Source: Zootoca vivipara (taxonomy: Eukaryota). From it: a stretch of 64,000 bases of DNA. A program made the translations under genes and the position numbers. The first letter of the stretch is position 1, and each line of letters starts with the position of its first letter. The notes under the pieces were generated by a model. It worked only from the letters and a program-made list of their open reading frames with translations. It was not told where the DNA came from and searched no databases. The stretch is taken from contig NC_083288.1 in the NCBI RefSeq assembly GCF_963506605.1, positions 41,106,001-41,170,000 on the forward strand, written 5' to 3'. Positions 26,115-38,900 of the stretch are shown one piece after another.

Positions 26115-29100
26115 CTAGAGTTCGTGCTTGCAGATGTAGGCATTGAGTTTCTTGCACTGAGCATCGTTCCACTGCTTAAAGTCTAGAATGCAAAAAAGAC
26201 AAGGCAGGTGTTACTTCTTCTTCTCTGGCGCAGATAGATCAGTGGCTTGCAGAATATTGCCAACCACTTGGAAATTTCTGCTTTCCATGATTGAAAAGTA
26301 ATGCTTCTAGTCCTCATGCTTGTAAAAGGATTATAGAGGGGCATGATAGAAAGAATTCTAGGGTTCAAAACAAAGGAAACTAGTACCCCCAAAAAATCCA
26401 AACTAGTTCTGCTTTCTGAATTATTAAAAAAAAAGGTGTGAGCTGTTCCATTAGGGCAAATGGGGCATTGTCCCACCATCTTTTTTCTGGCCTCAGCCAG
26501 CTCCCAACTGTGTGTGGCTCTGGCTGTCAGCTTCATCCTCCTTAGTCTCAGTGCTGCCCTTGTAGAACTCAACAGGGATTATGGGGGGGACTAGAATTAG
26601 TTGGCTCTTCCTGACACTGGCTCAGTTTACCGTGGGCCTTCCTTCCTTCCTTCCACCATGCCACTACTGCTTAAAACCCTTTTTATTTCAGGACAATTAA
26701 CTAGGGAGGTGGGATCTGTCACTTTCAATTTTCTCAATTTCTCATTTTTCCACTTTTGAGTTCAGTTCCCTGTATTTCCACGCTTAAATTCAGTTTGCCA
26801 CACTGTGAAGTGAATTATTGTTAAAATCGTTATGAAAATTCAGTATGAATTTCTCCTACTAAACACATTTTCAATATGAAGTTTTGACTGATGTACTGTA
26901 GAAGTTTTTGGCAATGCTTGGTCCGGTGGGTCAAAAATGCAACGTGTGAACCTGGCTCAAAACTGTGGCTATCAGAACAGTTTGTCAGCACGCTAAGAAC
27001 CACACTCCACACTGGCCACACATCCTTGTCCTTTCTCAGACCCTGAGAATGGATTGCTTACCCGTGGATCGACGCAACTCCACACAGTGTTCAGCATTGC
27101 GGTAGTTGTCTGGCTGGTTACTCATCCAGGACTTGTAGTTGTAGGTGGATTCATCAGCCCACCTCCATCTCCTGGTCTGCAGAAACAGAACAGGTCGTGT
27201 GACATGGGGCAATGAAGGGCCCAGAAAGAGGAATATACTATTGGGATGACACCAATGCAAGATGAACTGGAGAAGTTGAAAAAGCTGGAGGCGTATTTGT
27301 TAGGATTAATAGATAATGAAATAGCTAAAGGAAAGGAAAAAGTGTTAATTTATGCCAGTACAGCAGCGAGGGTCGTTCTAGCATCCAAGTGGAAAAAGCA
27401 AAAGGTCCCATCAAAGGAGGAGTGGATTGATAAATTAAATGAGTATTTATTAATGGCAAAATTAACAGCAGCTCTAAGGAATCAATCAAAGCAAAATTTT
27501 AAAAATGAATGGAGGTGTTATGAAGATTATTTGGCAAAACATTGCTCAAAGCCTGATATGCTGACATATTTGGATTAAGTGAAATGGAGGTGAAATGGAG
27601 GGAAATTAGAAAGGTAAGATCTTATTGTATAACAGAAGAAATATAGAGTGCACATTGAGAGAACGAATTTTAAGATAGAAGTCGATATTGGTACAGAGGG
27701 AAGTCAGAGGGGAGAGGGGAGGGGATTGGTGATGGGTTGTATATAGCTTTGATTGTGATTTGATTTGATTTTGATTTGATGTGTGATTTTGATTTGATTT
27801 TGATTTGTATGTATGTTTGAGTATGTTTTGACTGGTTTGATTTGTTCTGTTTGATTTGTAAGTTTTAATTTATAATTTCAATAAAGCAACTTATTAAAAA
27901 AAATTGAAAAAACTGGAGAGGTTGGCCAATGGGGAGCTGTTACCAGCTGTGATGCAGACACCCATAGAAAACAATGGAGAAGCAACATGTGGGATTAAAC
28001 TTGGGAGCGTTGTGAGATAATGAAGAGATGCCATTACCAAGGAGCTGTGCTGGCTCTTGGTTTGGGGGAACCCACATCCATCACAGACCCCTCTCCTCCT
28101 CACCACTAATACCATCAGCTGCTGCTTACCCTCGCTGGTGTCCCCTGCTTGTCTTGCCAAGCAGAGAGCCAATGGGCAAGCAGGCAGTGATATCTACTGC
28201 TCCTCTTCCTCACCCACCACTATTGCCTGGGTTAGAGTGAGAGGCAGGTGAGCAAGCAAGTTGCAGTGAAGGACAGGTTTAGGAGGCTTTTGTGGATGGG
28301 CCACTCCCACAGCCCTTGGTGGATACCCAACTGCATTGAGCCTTGTCACCAGCCTTGTCCCAATGCCTAAAATTCCTTGTAGAAGATAAGGACCCTGAGA
28401 TTACGATAAAAGTAGCCAAATTTTGTGCGACTGCCATAAAACTCAGGGAACAAGTGGTGTCACCACAATGATCAAGGCCCCCCATGGCAATTCTAGGCTA
28501 TATTTTAGCGACCCAGTTTTAATTTACATATTCTAAATGCTGTAATATATACACGTGTACCGTCCCTGCCGTGTAAATTTTAATGCTACACCACTGAGTT
28601 TTACGATTTTTTATTCTGAATGTGAGCTGGTCTGTGACCGTAAATGAAGTTGAATTGAATTGCCATGCTGAGGAGCTGCTACTCGGTGACAATAGCTAGG
28701 AATGGAGCAAGCTTACCTGACGGACATCGTGGAGCCCGATCCAGACATCGCTTATTTCTTGCTGGTAAGTGGAGATGTGCTCAGCCACCAAGAGAGTCTC
28801 TGCTTTGGTGAGGACAGAGGCGAGGTGGGCCCCACGGCCATAGCTCTGGCACTCAATCTAAACATAGAGAAGGCAAGAGTGGTGGTTTCTTCCCCAATTA
28901 TCATATCCCATCAACAGGATTGGTCAGACATGGCTCACCGGATGGGGGAGAGCCACTCAACTAACTTCCTGGCAGGTAAGGTTGCTGAGAGTTGTTGGAA
29001 GACCTCTATTTCCCTCACAGGACAAGAATTACCAGAGATGGTCTTCTTGGCAAAATTGACCTGAAAGCTCAGAACCAAGAAGACCAAAACTTTAACAGAG

Positions 29101-31614
29101 TGGGGGGAAATCATAATTTATATGTAAGCAGGTGGAAACATTAGCAGGATTGCAGTAACACTTGTAGCAAATACTATGGAGACAATGGAGTGATATAAAA
29201 TATGGACTACTGAATAACATGCAGTTGAAAGGGTTGACAATTGGACCCATGGAGGGGAAGGTGGGAAGCCCAGAGATTCAACGGAATCTATAAATATGGA
29301 TGTGGATGGTTGTACTGTTATATTCTTATACTAGTAAAATCAAATAAAAATTATTATTTTTTTAAAAAAAGAAGGATCACCAGAGATTGATTGACTGATA
29401 AACCACTCTGAAAATTACAGATCTGCGGGGGAATAGAATATCCTAACAATGCAAACTACACTTCCCATGATTCTTTGGGTGAAGCCATGACTATTTTAAA
29501 GTATAGAGCAGACAGGGCCTAAATGTCTCCCCCACCCCTTCTTCCAGCCAAACCCCCGGAATGGGAACTGAGAAGCTGACTTATGAAGCTTATATCACAT
29601 CTGGGTGGCTGAGGAACACTTCTTACCTCAGCCTCTTGCCAGCTCAACTTATTGTCAAAATATGCATAGCAGTTTCCCTGGTTTTGTAGCCACTCCCTGG
29701 CACAAGTGTCGGCCTCAGCTGCATGGAGACAAGGCGGCAGAAAGGAAAGGAAAGAAGCATGAAACAGTCAGCAGATTTTCCAAAACATTTTTGTCTTAAA
29801 GCAGTAGAGGCACTGACCATTAGGGCACTGACCAGGGCACAGCCCTCCCAACCTCAGTCTGCCCTTCACCAGCCCCCACCTGCCTGCCTTCTTACAGCAA
29901 GTCCAGTAGGTGGTGCTGGCGGTCAGCTTCCTCCTCCCTGGTCTCAGAGTTGCCCCTTGTAGAGCTCAGCAGGAAAGGGGCGGAGGCAAAACTAGCACCC
30001 ATTGGCATACCTACCAAGTTCCTGTGGGAGAAATAAGGGACTGGACCAGAAGTAGCAGACCGGAAGTAGCGCTGCCACCATTTTGGAGCTGGGCGGAGCA
30101 TGCTCAGAAGCGACTTTTGATGCTGCTTTGCCCAGTTCCAAAATGGCCGTCGTGCCAGAAATCGCACTGCAGCCATTTTGGAACTGGGCAGAGCTGCATC
30201 AAAAGTCGCTTCTGAGCATGCTCCGCCCAGTTCCAAAATGGCCGCCGCGCCAGAATAAACCGGGGGAAAACAAAAAAATCCGTTTTTTCAGCTGAGAACA
30301 GCTAGGAAAACGGGGGTTTCCCGGGGAATACGGGAGACTTGGCAGCTATGCCCGTTGGCTCTGCCTCTCGTTGGCTCTGGCTGTGCCATTACCTCTGACT
30401 CCACCTCCCTTCTGCCCTGCCAATCCCAGCAGCCACCACAGTATTAAAGAAAGAAAAGCCAGCTTGAGCTACGCCACAGGTGCCATGGACAGGGTGCCTC
30501 TGAACATATGCTCAGTGCACCTGTTTGAGATCAGTCCCTAGCTCACAAGCGCTTTCGCTTCTGACTTTCCCCAAAAATGTTCTTTTTCAACCACCTAATT
30601 CCGGGCCGGGAGGGAAGCTTTTAAGTGATTGGGATTGTTAAACAATTGGAGCCTGAAAACTTTGCTCATCTACTGCAAATAGAGACAAGGAAGAAATTCA
30701 ACCAGGTTTGCATTTAAAAGCGAATCCACCCGATTCACACTTTCTGAACCAATGTGCAAACCAAAATTCAGTCATCCTTTGAAATTTGCATTCTTCTGAA
30801 TTTTTCAGTGCAGTTCTGCGGTTGAGTAACATGTACCAAAAATGCATGTACCAGGGTAAAGTATGTATTAAAATTGCACAGATGGGTGAAAATAACATAC
30901 AAAATGCATTACATTAGGAGAAATACCTTGCAGAAATGTGTGTGGTAGTCAAAAGTGCATTTAGGAAGGTGTTCATCGGGAGAAATGGACACTAAAATAT
31001 TGATACAGTACTTTTTTCATGATGGTTTTTTTTCCTGTTTTAAAAAAACGTTGCAAATTGTTGCAGACATGTGGAGGACTGAATTTAAGATTGGAAAAAT
31101 GAGAAACTTGGAGAGCCAAAACTGACGGATTTGTCTGCAAATCACCCAGAAGCCTCCTAGATTGTGAACAACCTTCTACCCACCTAGAGTCTTATTTAAT
31201 GGCCCTATAAGGGCTAAATTGATTCACCACTTTATTTCTAGGGATGTTACCCAATGTGATCCACGGAGCAAGCCCAGATTATTTTTATCCTTGTTAACAT
31301 GAGCCCAGTTCAAGGCACCCCATTCTAAAGAGCCAGAGGTTTAGTAGATCTTACTGGATTGCCGTTACTTGAAAATGAAACACCTACATTTGTTTGAAAT
31401 TCTGCTCAATTGTGACTACGTTTTCTGATATCTTTCTGAAAGACTGAATTGGCCAACTAAAGGCATTTGAAGAAAGTTGCTTTTCACCCAAGTCCACTTC
31501 TTAACTGCTCATATAATATCAGTACTGTATTTGCAAAGGAAACTCACCTCCCAGGAAAGGGTTGGAGACCAGGAAGCCCAGAAGGCATAGGCTGAAATAC
31601 GTGAAGAGTCCCAT
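26115..31614 (-). CDS. C-type lectin D, secreted, galactose-type QPD/WND, 160 aa
   Basis: Exons 31614-31548 (MGLFTYFSLCLLGFLVSNPFLG), 29718-29627, 28857-28717, 27176-27062 (TRRWRWADESTYNYKSWMSNQPDNYRNAEHCVELRRST), 26182-26115 (DFKQWNDAQCKKLNAYICKHEL*). All GT-AG; AATAAA 25925-25920. Confidence 0.95.
27274..27910 (+). mobile_element. 5'-truncated L1/Tx1-like LINE in a lectin D intron
   Basis: ORF2 C-terminal peptide (LIYASTAARVVLASKWKKQKVPSKEEW), 3'UTR, AATAAA and A-tail; TSD AACTGGAGA (27265-27273/27911-27919). Absent from the homologous intron of gene B. Confidence 0.8.
29020..29370 (+). mobile_element. L1/Tx1-like 3' fragment
   Basis: Similar to 34090-34420 (aaactcagaaaccaa...gggggaagtc...aaataaaaa), A-rich end. 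Confidence 0.55.
30006..30350. mobile_element. hAT-type non-autonomous element with long internal inverted repeat
   Basis: TIR cata.ct.ccaagt/acttggcagctatg; TSD CCCATTGG/CCCGTTGG; internal ~65-bp arms at 30078-30146 and 30173-30241. Confidence 0.7.
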
Positions 31615-31697
31615 CTTCTGGTTGACCTTCTTCTGAGATGGGAGGAAGAAGAGATGGAAGGAAGAAGAGTATGTTCAAAAGGTGCATTTAGTGAATA

Positions 31698-31935
31698 CCG
31701 TGTTTCTCATATTATAAGACATGTCTTATATTTATTTTTTCCTCAAAAAAACACACTATGGCTTATTTTCAGGGGATGTCTTATATTTTTCCTCCTCCTC
31801 CTCCTGCCATGGCCGGTATTGCTGCTGTGCCTATCACTATGTCTTATTTTCGGGGTATGGCTTATATTCCTTGAATGCTTAAAAATCCTGCTATGGCTTA
31901 TTTTATGGGTATGTCTTAAAATATGAGAAACAGGG
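31698..31935. mobile_element. Mariner/pogo-type MITE followed by (TACTA)n
   Basis: ta-ccgtgtttctcatatt ... aatatgagaaacaggg-ta; microsatellite at 31936-31983. Confidence 0.75.
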
Positions 31936-32328
31936 TACTATACTATACTATACTATACTATACTATACTATACTATACTATATTAATTTCTAAGTTCATT
32001 GGTGCATTACTTATTGGCTGGGACGTAAAAAAAATATTTTGAGACTTCCTGCCATGTTTCCCATAAGTCATAGAGCTAGAAGGGGCCTCCAAGGTCATCT
32101 AACTGAACACCTTGCAGAGGCATAAGATCCACTACAACATCATCCCTGGTGGGTGGTTATCCAGTCTTTGGTCAAAAACCTATAGCCAAGGAGAGCCCAC
32201 CACCTTCTAAGGCAGAAGTCCTTGCCGAAGAGTCCACCATCATATCTCTGAGATTTTTAAAACATTTCGCTCTACATTCTGCAGGAACTCGCTCACAAAG
32301 TTTTATTGATCACCTCCCCAGAACTTAC

Positions 32329-32423
32329 CTTGTGATGCTGATCTCCTAGGTAGACAGATGTGGTTGTCAGCTGAGCCAGGTGCCTCTCTGATGGTCTCAC
32401 CTAGTCTGGGAAGCTGTTATATA
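32329..32423 (-). promoter_or_regulatory. TATA box and non-coding exon 1 of lectin D
   Basis: TATATAA at 32423-32417; exon ends CACAAG|gtaagt at 32329. Near-identical to the gene B promoter. Confidence 0.75.
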
Positions 32424-33448
32424 GACCCCAGACAGAAGTGGTGCAATGCCAAGATGAGCAAAATGCTGCAAGGAAATCCTGGTCTGGTGCCTTCAGTTTT
32501 GCATAATTTAAGGCCAAGGTAGTTTGTCTCACTAGCCCTGAGCATTGCAGAAAGGGCATCAACCTCTCCCGCGTCTTGGTGGAGGAAAGTATATTGAAGG
32601 GGGGGGAGAGAGAATTTTGAATCTATTTCCTTCTGAAGAGGAACAGGAACCACATTCTTAATCAACCATGAAAACACTTGTTCACAGTCCTTATTGCCTC
32701 TGCCCCCAGCCACTACTGCCATGTGGTTACCTGGAAAGAAGGTTACCTGGAAAGAAATGTGGCCCACTTTTTGCGACTATGTTATGCCAGCTCCCGAGGC
32801 AAGTTTGCACCAGAAATGTCACAGAAAGGGATCAGGATCTCGCCTCCTTTACGGGGCGGTCGTGTACACTCTAATAATATAATTAATGGTTCTGCAGCCA
32901 GAGGGCACCATTCTTCTGTTGACATTAAGCAGCTCTGACCCAATAATACGCTGCCTGGAGGAGCAGATGATTCAGGAGTCACGTGTGCATGTCCCTGAGC
33001 TCTTCCAAAGAAGAGCAGCATCAAGGAATCATCACTCACAAGCGTCTGATGTGTGACATTTAAAACATTAAGTGCGTAGTTACAATGATCTAATGCTCTT
33101 CACATCCTGTTCATGTAAACACAGCTTTCAGATGCCATCTTGGAAAGCGGAAATATCACCACGTCCTCCTGTCCCCTTATTTTTTTTCCCAGGACAGCCC
33201 CTGTTTTCTGGCTCCTTGCTAAATCGCTGCCCATATTTTGTCCCTATTTTGCTATTTTTTTCTGGCAGTGGAGGGGAAAGGGAAAGAGAACCCCTTAAGA
33301 AAATCTCCTGGCTCCACCTTCTGACCGTCTAAGTTTTATCCAAATCATGCTCTGATGTAGCCTTGAAAAAATGAAATAAAAATAAAAATCTTGACATTTC
33401 ACAACTAAAACCTTTCTTTTTATCTATCTTTAAAAATATCATTTAATT

Positions 33449-34420
33449 GGGATAGATAAAAAGAAAGGTTTTGGTTGTGAAATATCAAGATTTTTTTATT
33501 TGTATTTCGTTTTTTTCAAAAAGATTTGTTAGAAAATAAGGTTAAAATACTATCTAAAATGTATAGCTTGCTTTTAGAGTGGCACACAAAAGATGAACAG
33601 GTCACGTCAGTAATGATACACTGGGCAAAGGACTTGGGACATACTGGTAATATTCAGATGGCAGATTGGGAAAGGTTATGGAAATCAGATTTGAAATTTA
33701 CGGCATGTTGTCCATTGAAAGAAAATGATATGAAAATGATGTACCAGTGGTATTTGACTCCTACAAAGCTAGCAAAAAAATGTATAAGACAAATTCAAAT
33801 ATCTGCTGGAAATGTAAAGAAAAAGAAGGTACGGGTACCTTTTATCATATGTGGTGGACTTGTAAGGTAATAAAAGCTTTCTGGGAGATGATATATAATG
33901 AAATGAAAAGATGCTTAAAATAATCCTTGTTAAGAAACCAGAGGAATTACAGGTACCGACATACCAAAGTAGCAGAAAATACTCTTTTGTGTATGGAACA
34001 ACAGCTGCCCAGATGTTATTAGCCCAGAGCTGGAAAGAAGACAAAGTCCCTACCAGAGAAGAATGGCAAACCAAACTAATGGACTATGCCAAGATGGCAA
34101 AGCTGATGGGAAAACTCAGAAACCAAAAGGATAAAAACTATAAAAGAATGGGGAAAATTTATAAATTACTTAGGAGATCACTGTAAGCAGATGGGGGGGA
34201 AAGAGTAGGATTTTGGCTCACTTGTAGTGGAAAAAACACTATGGAGAATAAGGTTTGATATAAAAATTGGAGTATGGATGAATATGCAGTTGTAGACTCC
34301 ATGGAGGGGATGGGGGGGAAGTCTTGAGATTCGGGAGAATCTCCTTATACAGATATATTGTGTTTATTTGTACTCTGTATTTTAAAATGATTTTAAAAAG
34401 AAAGAAATGCAAATAAAAAT
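33449..34420 (+). mobile_element. Degenerate L1/Tx1-like LINE 3' part
   Basis: Frameshifted ORF2 C-terminus including Zn-knuckle remnant CWKCKEKEG...FYHMWWTC and AAQMLLAQSWKEDKVPTREEW. Confidence 0.8.
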
Positions 34421-34855
34421 GAGGAGCTGTCACAAAAGGTAAGGAGACCAGCCCCCTTCTGCTTAACCCCACCCGTCTTTGAGTATTCATTTGTTGAAAA
34501 TTGAGGGCAACATATACCCTTTAAAAACTTTATCTAACATGCAAGTGCATGGCATAGAAGATGCTACCTTCCCTGCCAAAAGGCACATGAGGCTACCACT
34601 CTGCTGAAGCTAAGCAGGTCCGGGTTTGGACAGTGAGCAGATGGGTGACCACCTAAAAATCACATGCAGTGCACATTGGGTTCCATGGCGGAATAAAGTC
34701 AGAGGAGCAATGTAAATAAATAAATTTGCAAGTGAATGCCGGTCAGTGCATGGTCTGTAGGTCCATAACACAGCCACCTTGCTGAAGTTGAAGTAGTCTG
34801 GGAGTGGTCCCTGCAGAGTTGGAATAAATACCTGCAAAGATTGCATATATATATA

Positions 34856-34910
<55 letters not shown>

Positions 34911-35358
34911 AATACCTGCAAAAATTGCTGTATGCTACCTTGAGCTCCCTTGAGAAAATGTGAGCAATAAATGAATTGAATATAAAACTGGGGTTAAGGG
35001 AGAGAGAGAACACTTCAGATTGAAAAATAACATGTCAGACTACAGAACGGACTAATTTCTTTTCCCTTGACATGAAGACCATCTACATGCAGGGATTTTA
35101 TTTTCTTTTTATTATTTTCATGGAAGACGACTAGTCAGCTACCTGGGATGCAAAGCTTAAGAAAAGGAGCAAGTGCTTTCAAGGTTTATATTGAACATTC
35201 TTTCCCTATCCAATTCGGGTACAGATTTAAAAGGCCAGACATTTTTCAATACACATTCCCCCATCTTTAAAATAAAAAAAACAATTAAATGCACGATGTC
35301 CTTTCTACAGTGCTGATGAACAGCGATAAAAGCCGCTTCCCACAAGTTCAGTCTCCGG

Positions 35359-35535
35359 TTATGCAAAACTGGAGAGTCTGGGCCAGGACTTCCTCAAAGC
35401 AATTATCTCACCTTGATATTACACCATCTCTGCCAATGGCCTATATAACAGCTGTCCAGGGAAGGTGAGACCATCAGAGAGGAACCCAGCTCAGCTTTGA
35501 CCGCATCCGTCTACCCAGGGAAACAGCAACACAAG
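35359..35535 (+). promoter_or_regulatory. Promoter (TATA 35442-35448) and non-coding exon 1 of lectin E
   Basis: TATATAAcagc...ggtgagaccatcagagagg...CACAAG|gtgagt, homologous to B and D. Confidence 0.75.
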
Positions 35536-35975
35536 GTGAGTGGCTGGGGAGATGATTCCCAAGTCTTGATGAGAGGGTTCCTGCAGGCAGCAGACCAAGG
35601 GTACGAATATGCTTACCTTTGAAGGGTTGTTGGTGCATAGAGAAAATAATTCAGGGGAAACATCTGGTGGCAGTCAAAAGCTGGAGTCAAAAGTGGGTGG
35701 GGGTTGCAGCATTCCACATCTCTTTCTTTGCCACCCCAGCTCCCCCTCCTCTTTCTACACAGCTTTGTGGGTCAAATGTGATCAAACCTGGGCCACAGGC
35801 TTCCCGCCACAGACCTAGAGTTTGGGAAAGTTTCGAAGATTTTGAGATGAGATGATGGGTCCATGAAGGAGGTTCTTGCCGGAAGTTGTAGCAGCAAGGG
35901 CTGTAGCTCAGTGGTAGTTGCATATAGAAGGTTTCAAACTTACTGTACTGTCCACTCTCAAAGGTCAACCAGAAG

Positions 35976-38900
35976 ATGGGACTCTTCACCTACTTCAGCC
36001 TTTGCCTCCTGGGCATCCTGGTCGCAAATCCTTTCCTGGGAGGTGAGTTCCCCTTAACAAATACTGACATTGCATGATTAGTTAACAAACGACTTGGCTG
36101 AATACCTATCACCAGATCTTTTTAGTCTCTCCAGTCTTTCCAAAAGATATTGGAGATAAGGCTGACCCAAAATCTCCATGAGGTTCATGCAGTTCTTAAC
36201 ATTAGTGGGCCTCTGTGGTGTACTGGTTCTCTGAAGCAGGGGTGTTGTTAAACTACAATGTTCCTCGGTCCTGAGTACAGACCACGCTTGGTGGGGCTGA
36301 TGGGAGTCGGGAGTCCAATGATGTGGAGGGCACCAGGCTGGGGTAGGCTGGAAAGTGTTGGACTAGGATTGAGGCAACCCAGGTTCAAATCCTCATGCAG
36401 CCATGAAGCTCAGCCTTGGGCTGGACACTATCTCTCAACCTAACCTGCCTTGCATGGTCCTTGTGTGGTTGGGAGAGGCATATATGCCACGTCCAGCTCC
36501 TGAGCGGACTGGTGGTATATCAACGAAAGGCAAGGGAGATGTGATATCAAAGTTCAGGGAATGTCAAGCAAAAACGTTTAGGGTGTAAAACAGGGCCAAT
36601 AAGGGGTGTGGCCTGTGAGAGGTGGCGTGGCCTAGGGAGAGTTCCAAGGACCAGGCAGAGAAGCTTGGAGGGGCATATTTGGCCCCAGGCCTGATATTCC
36701 CCTACCCCTGGAATACCCTTCCATAAACAATTATGTAAGGCAAGTCTATGCCGCCTGTCATAGAATCATAGAGTTGGAAGAGAGCACAAGGGCCATCCAG
36801 TCCAACCCCCTCCCAAGCAGGAAACATCTAGCGATGAGGTAGGGTTTTCTTCCTTACAGGGAACATTCTCCCCCTAACTTCCAAGGTGGATTTGATTTAA
36901 ATCAAATCAATTTAAATCACAATTTAAATCATGATTTAAACCACTAGTCAGTAAGACTTTATTTTTTTAAAAAAATTTTTACAGAAAGACTCATTCTTGC
37001 TGGTATAATCTTAATATTTACAAGCAGATGAAGGTTTCATTTTTGGAATAATAAATTTTCAGAGTAGTTTTTACCGTTATATCAAAAATTACTGATTAGG
37101 TTATACTATTAGAAATACACAGACAGATAATTATGAAATTATTGTGAGGTTTAATAATTAACTGATTATATTTGAACAACCTTTCTGCTGTACTTTATTG
37201 GAAGGAGAAAAACACTCATTTCCTTAATAACAATTTAAGCAATTTATTTAATGAAAACAATAACATTATAGCATATGTATCCATGTTTGTTAACTGAGGT
37301 GGTTGAACAATTAAAAAAAAACTTAGACTAAGTTTTAGCACACATGAAAAACTTTAAACTAATCCTTATTTCCTGATGAATAGCCTTTGGAGTATAATGT
37401 AACTTAAATAGAAAACTATCTTTAGAAAGATTTTTCCTCCAAAAGCATTTTGTTGTAAAAAAAATCAATTCAATTTTTTTTAAAAAAACTGATTTAAATT
37501 TTAAAAATCCAGTTTTATTTTTATTTATTTAAAAAACACCATTGATTTTTATCCACCCTGCTAACTTCTAAGCCAGCGTTTCTCAACCGCTGTTCCGTGG
37601 CACACTAGTGCGGCGACGAGAAGGGCAATTTGCATTGTCACGTGCCTGGCGGCCGCCAATAATCACCACTGACCCGCCAGAAAGCAATATTTCTCCTCCT
37701 CTTTCCCAAAGCTCAGTGCAAACGAGCCTGGCGGCCGCCAATACTCAACACTACCCCGCCGGAAAAGCAATATTTGGCAAGTGTTTGTTACAGTCATAAT
37801 TATAATATAGGGCGGCACAGAGTTAAATTTTTTAACTTTTTAAATGGTGGTGTGCCTTGTGATTTTTTTCACGGAACAAGTGTGCTGTGGCCCAAAAAAG
37901 GTTGAGAAACACTGTTCTAAGCAATCTGTCCGCCCAACACCAACACCGTTTTTGTCTCTCTCTCCACGCAGCTGAGGCTGACACCTGCGCCAGGGAGTGG
38001 CTGCAAAACCAGGGCAACTGCTATGCGTATTTTGATGCCAAACTGACGTGGCAGGAGGCCGAGGTAAGGAGCATTTGGCACCCAACCACTTACATCCCTA
38101 CAATTTTGAAAGCAAAATTTGAGAACGATGGAAACTGTAGAAAGCAGAACTCATGATTTGGAAAGTCTGAACAATGGCATCACAACATCACAACTGGGAG
38201 AGTCTTTACAGCCCTTTAGTTAATCTTTTCCTAAGAGCAATGATATTCATTAGTTGAATTGTCCCATAGGTTAGCTAACCTTTAGTTCAAACAACTATAG
38301 TCTTATCTTGGGGAAGTTTATCCCTGACTGCTATGTAATTTTCAATTCTTTTCAGAGTTTACAGCTCCTGTTTAGCTTTTGATTATATGTGAACCTCAGC
38401 CCCTAAACATTTTCCTTCTGAGGAAACAGATAGAGATTTTCCAGTGAAACAAGTCACTTAGCCGGCACCTCGTCAAGGTTTACTTTATTTAGAGGTTACT
38501 TTGAGATTGAGAAATTCATGTCTTTTCTATATCAAAGTTTCTTTTGGGAAGTTTAAACCTATTATGTTTCTTTGAGTAATCATTAGTTGGGTTTTAGCAT
38601 TATTCACTTTATCAATATCTCGTTTCAGGGATTTATCACGGCATAGTTTTGTTTTTGTTTTTGCTCTAATTATACATTCCCGTGATTGTCTTTCCTGCAC
38701 CAATCCAGCTGCATGGATATCATTGGAGGGGTTTTTTCTTTTCTCCTTCTCTCACCTCAAAATGAGTACTGACCTGAATTTCTCTCCCATCTCTACCTGC
38801 TAGTATAAAAATAGTGACTATGACAAGCTGATAAGTAACAAAGTAAAACTCACCATCAAGACTTGTGCTTCTTAGACGTATCCCTCAAATTGGGGGGTGG

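Noticed and set aside
38150-38700. Possible L1 ORF1 fragment on minus
   Set aside because: Composition is suggestive but I could not recover a recognisable peptide.
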